A DNA stretch of 64,000 nt from Heteronotia binoei (taxonomy: Eukaryota), in assembly GCF_032191835.1 (NCBI RefSeq), contig NC_083233.1:30194001-30258000 (forward strand), written 5' to 3'. A program made the translations under genes and the position numbers. Shown piece by piece: positions 60,492-64,000 of this stretch (position 1 is its first letter; the number at the start of each line of letters is the position of its first letter). The notes under the pieces are model-generated. The model did no database searches. It saw only the letters and a program-made list of their open reading frames with translations, and was not told the DNA's origin.

Positions 60492-60709
60492 TAAGGTTGC
60501 CAACTTCAAGGTGGGGTTGGAGATCTCTTGGTATTACAGTTGATCTCCAAACTACAGAGAGTAGTTCCTCTGGAGAAAATCGCTGCTTTGGATGGTGGAC
60601 TCTATGACCTTGTACCCTGTTGAGGTCCCTTCCCTTTCCAAACCCCACCCTCCTCAGGCGCCACTCCCAAAATCTCCAGTTATTCCCCAACACAGAACTG
60701 GCAACCCTA
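60492..60709 (-). mobile_element. Family B hAT MITE
   Basis: TAAGGTTGCCAAC...CTGGCAACCCTA termini. Confidence 0.8.
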
Positions 60710-61095
60710 CTGAAGAGACATTCCCCCTTCTCTCTCGTATTGAAGCAGGGCATTTTTTTTTTTCTGGGGGAATATTTTGGAACAGAATTCTGGAACCTCT
60801 TTGTGGAAACAAAATCCCCCCCCCCCAAAAAAAAGTTCAAAAGTTCGTGAAGTATACTTGATTAAAATTGATTTGTGATTATTCTATTTATTCATTTACT
60901 ACATTTATACCTTGTCTTTCTCCTCAGTAGGGACCTAAAGCAGCTTACATTGTTGTCTTCTGCTCCATTTCATCCTTAAAACAGCCAAGTGAGGTAGGTT
61001 AGGCTGAGATCGTGTGAGTGGCTTTCACTGGACAGCAGAGATCCCCCAGATCCTAGTCCAACAGTATAACCCTGCACCACTAAATGAGGTGAGCA

Positions 61096-61601
61096 TAGGG
61101 TTGCCAATTCCCAGGTGGGGGCAGGGGATCCCCCGGTTTGGAGGCCCTCCCCCCGCTTCAGGGTCATCAGAAAGCGGGGGGAGGGGAGGGAAATGTCTGG
61201 TGGGTACTCATGATTCCCTATGGAGACTTATTCCCATAGAAAATAATGGAGAATTTATCCACAGGTATCTGGGGCTCTGGGGGTCCTGTTTTTTTTAGGT
61301 AGAGGCACCAAATTTTCAGTATAGTATCCAGTGGCTCTCCCCAAAATACTCCCTAAGTTTCAAAAAGATTGGACTAGGGGGTCCAATTGTATGAGCCCCC
61401 AAAGAAGGTGCCCCTATCCATTTTTTTCCTATGGAAGCAAGGCATTTAAAAGATGTGCAGTCCCTTGAAATGTGATGGCCAAAACTCCCTTTGGAGTTCA
61501 ATTATGCTTGTCACAGCCTTGCTCCTGGCTCCACCCCCAAAGTCTCCTTGCTCCACCCCCAAAGTCCCCAGATATTTCTTGAATTGGACTTGGCAACCCT
61601 A
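61096..61601 (+). mobile_element. Family A hAT MITE
   Basis: TAGGGTTGCCAA at both ends; perfect TSD GGTGAGCA at 61088-61095 and 61602-61609. Confidence 0.95.
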
Positions 61602-62149
61602 GGTGAGCACATTTTTTCAACAATTAGCAATTAGTCTGACCAATTATACAATGCAGCCTTAATTACAGCCATAACAGTTTAAAGCTTAATTCATAAGGTT
61701 TAGAAACTCTCTTGTTCTAAATCAGAGGGCTCCAGCATTTTCATTAAAAGTTATTTTGGAGAAATGAAAAATATCTAGAGCTACCCTCCTCCCACCAAGC
61801 ATGTGTCTATGGCCTATTATGTATGCACAACTTACTGCTGATTTTCCAAGCAGTAAGTCTTTAAGCTTGACTTTGGATTCTGTTCCAGACTTTTGCACCA
61901 TTATTTTTCCTCTGCTGTATTCATTCAGAAGCTACAATGGAGAAAAAAAACCACACTTCCTCTAAATCAGGGCGTACCAACACTCACGATGTGTGGAGGG
62001 TGCTGCTCCTAGCTTTCAGTCCCAAAGAGGGGGGGGGGGTTACTTTGACCTCCTGATGAGTTGGGCAGGCAAGACCAGGATACGTAACTTGGAAATGATG
62101 AAAGGAAGTAAATCCATCAAAGCAAATCCTTTGGGGGAATACAATTAGA

Positions 62150-62345
62150 CAGGGCTATTTTGTAGGAAAAGCTCAGCAGGGACTCATTTACATATTAGGC
62201 CACACCCCTGCCATCACCATTGGCTCATACAGGGCTTTTTGTAGAAAAAGCCCAGCATGGGCTCATTTGCATATTAGGCCACACCCACTGATGCCAAGCC
62301 AGCCTGAACTGTGTCCCTGTGCATTCCTGCTCATAAAAAGCCCTG
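62150..62345 (+). mobile_element. Family C MITE
   Basis: CAGGGC...GCCCTG; TSD CAATTAGA/TAATTAGA; duplicated octamer unit. Confidence 0.88.
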
Positions 62346-62677
62346 TAATTAGACATGGGGGGATGAAGTTGCAGCTTCACAAAGGTGCTACATTGAAGAA
62401 GTACAATTCTCATAGATCAAGGTACCTCCTACTTGTATTGCTCTTGGTAGCTGTTCCACATTTCTTTTTTAACAACCTGCTTATTGACCTCCATATCTTA
62501 CTTGAAGCAGCATCCGCCCAAACTGTGCACTGGTGGCTGGGACACAACAAGCCAAAACAAAATGCATGGAAAGAGAAAGAAAATGTGTGCATCGTATTAG
62601 CCAAAGCCAAGCAAAGAAACTAGGATATAGTTGAAACAAATATAAGCAACGCATTTATAGCATTGTAACAAAACATA

Positions 62678-62702
62678 AAGAGAGAGAGAGAGAGAGAGAG
62701 AG
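62678..62702. repeat. (AG)n microsatellite
   Basis: Direct observation. Confidence 0.95.
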
Positions 62703-64000
62703 AAGTATTGGATGCTTAATGAATGGGGGAAGCAAAGAAAACCACAGCGGGAGCTGCTAAGTGAAGGAGAAGGCAGGGAGCAAAAGCAACAGGAGGTCCA
62801 AGCAGGGGGGAGAATGGGGAGAATACACAAGGGAATGAGCCAGCAGGAGACAGCAGGTGGAAGGAAGGGCACGTGGCAAAACTGTGTGGGTGATTTGAAG
62901 ACAGAACAATGGGAGATGAGGAGGAGGGATGGGAAGGGAAGCCAATGCTCCCATGTTCTGTCTCAACTCCTGAGACAAGGAAGAAATCTTTGAAGTCTGC
63001 TAATGAACATACATGCTGTAGCCTGCCTTGTTCAAAGCGCTCAGTGCAGACAATGTCACAGAAAGCCATGGCATCTTGAAGGCAAAGCCATGGAGGAGTT
63101 CCCACACCCCCACAAATACAAACACCATGCTGTTGACAAGAGAAGACAATAGCTGGGTTCATAAATCACTATCATGTTTTCAGAAAAGCATTCAACAATT
63201 GCAGTGATCAGTGGCTGTTGATCAGTGGCTAGCAGGCAATCTAGTGAAACAGAATTTCCATATTCAAAGACAGGATGTCTCCTAACAAGGAAAGAAAGAG
63301 AGGGTTGGGTGCCTTCATGCCCCACTGGTAAGCATTCCAGAATTTTTTGGATGACTGCCATTGGAAACAGAATGCTGGTCTAGCCACACCTTTGTTCCAG
63401 TCCAGCAGGGTTTCTCTTGTATATCTTTCAGTTCACCTTTGCCAAATAGTGCTCTTGGCATCTGGGCGCCTCTGATGGGATTGCTGGCAACCCTTTGGCA
63501 GCATTCCGTTTATCAGCTCTTCACAGAAAGCTAATTTGTTTCAGAGAGGAAGTCAAATCTCTGTTGGACATGACACTCAATTTTTTTTGTCTCAAACAAC
63601 ACAGACCTGAATTGGGCCCAGGTTGCACACTGCAATCCCTACAATGATTAACATCCACTTAACACATGCTGCAATGTCTTCACTACCTCTGTTCCTACTC
63701 AATGGCAGCCCAGGGCCTAGGCAACCAAGCTTGCAATGTAGAGACACTGCAATCCTGAGGAATGAAACTGTATGTGGCAAGTCTCAGCTAGCCCTGGTGC
63801 TTCTAACTTACAACATATCTGTACTACACTATGTTTACCTACTGAACTATGATGGCTTTGGCAGGGAGGGTGGGATATAAATCAAATAAACATAAATATA
63901 AAAGAAAATCTGGAAATTGTATGAAATTGTATGAAACCAATGTCCTGTAGTTAGACTGGGAATTAGACTTAATTCCCAGTCAGCCACTAAGCTCACTGAG

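Noticed and set aside
63185-63327. Candidate exon ending at GTAAGC
   Set aside because: All three frames contain stops from the nearest acceptor
1-64000. CRISPR arrays, prokaryotic operons or rRNA operons
   Set aside because: No regularly spaced repeat-spacer array; sequence is vertebrate genomic DNA

Overview
Eukaryotic, repeat-rich non-coding DNA from a squamate reptile, probably a gecko (inferred from Sauria-type, 5S-derived and MIR/L2-tailed SINE families). No host protein-coding gene could be supported, so the window reads like a large intron or gene desert with several candidate conserved non-coding elements. The main feature is a ~4.9 kb minus-strand tyrosine-recombinase (DIRS/Ngaro-class) retrotransposon at ~30186-35047. 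It has a long gag-like ORF with Cys/His fingers, an RT/RNase H frame with two nonsense codons, a recombinase reduced to fused N- and C-terminal stubs, and a cargo SGNH/GDSL hydrolase that lacks an in-frame ATG but sits behind a consensus splice acceptor. A 762-bp non-coding relative at 47312-48073 shares the TATA and polyA spacing, the AAT terminus and a position-matched hairpin of different sequence. Other contents: a fragmented Penelope-like element, several Penelope-type terminal repeats with decayed minimal hammerhead ribozyme motifs, hAT MITEs with 8-bp TSDs, a Harbinger MITE, L2 and CR1 3' fragments, many SINEs, microsatellites and a 137-nt N gap. Family names come from motif recognition, not database searches, and boundaries without TSDs are approximate.
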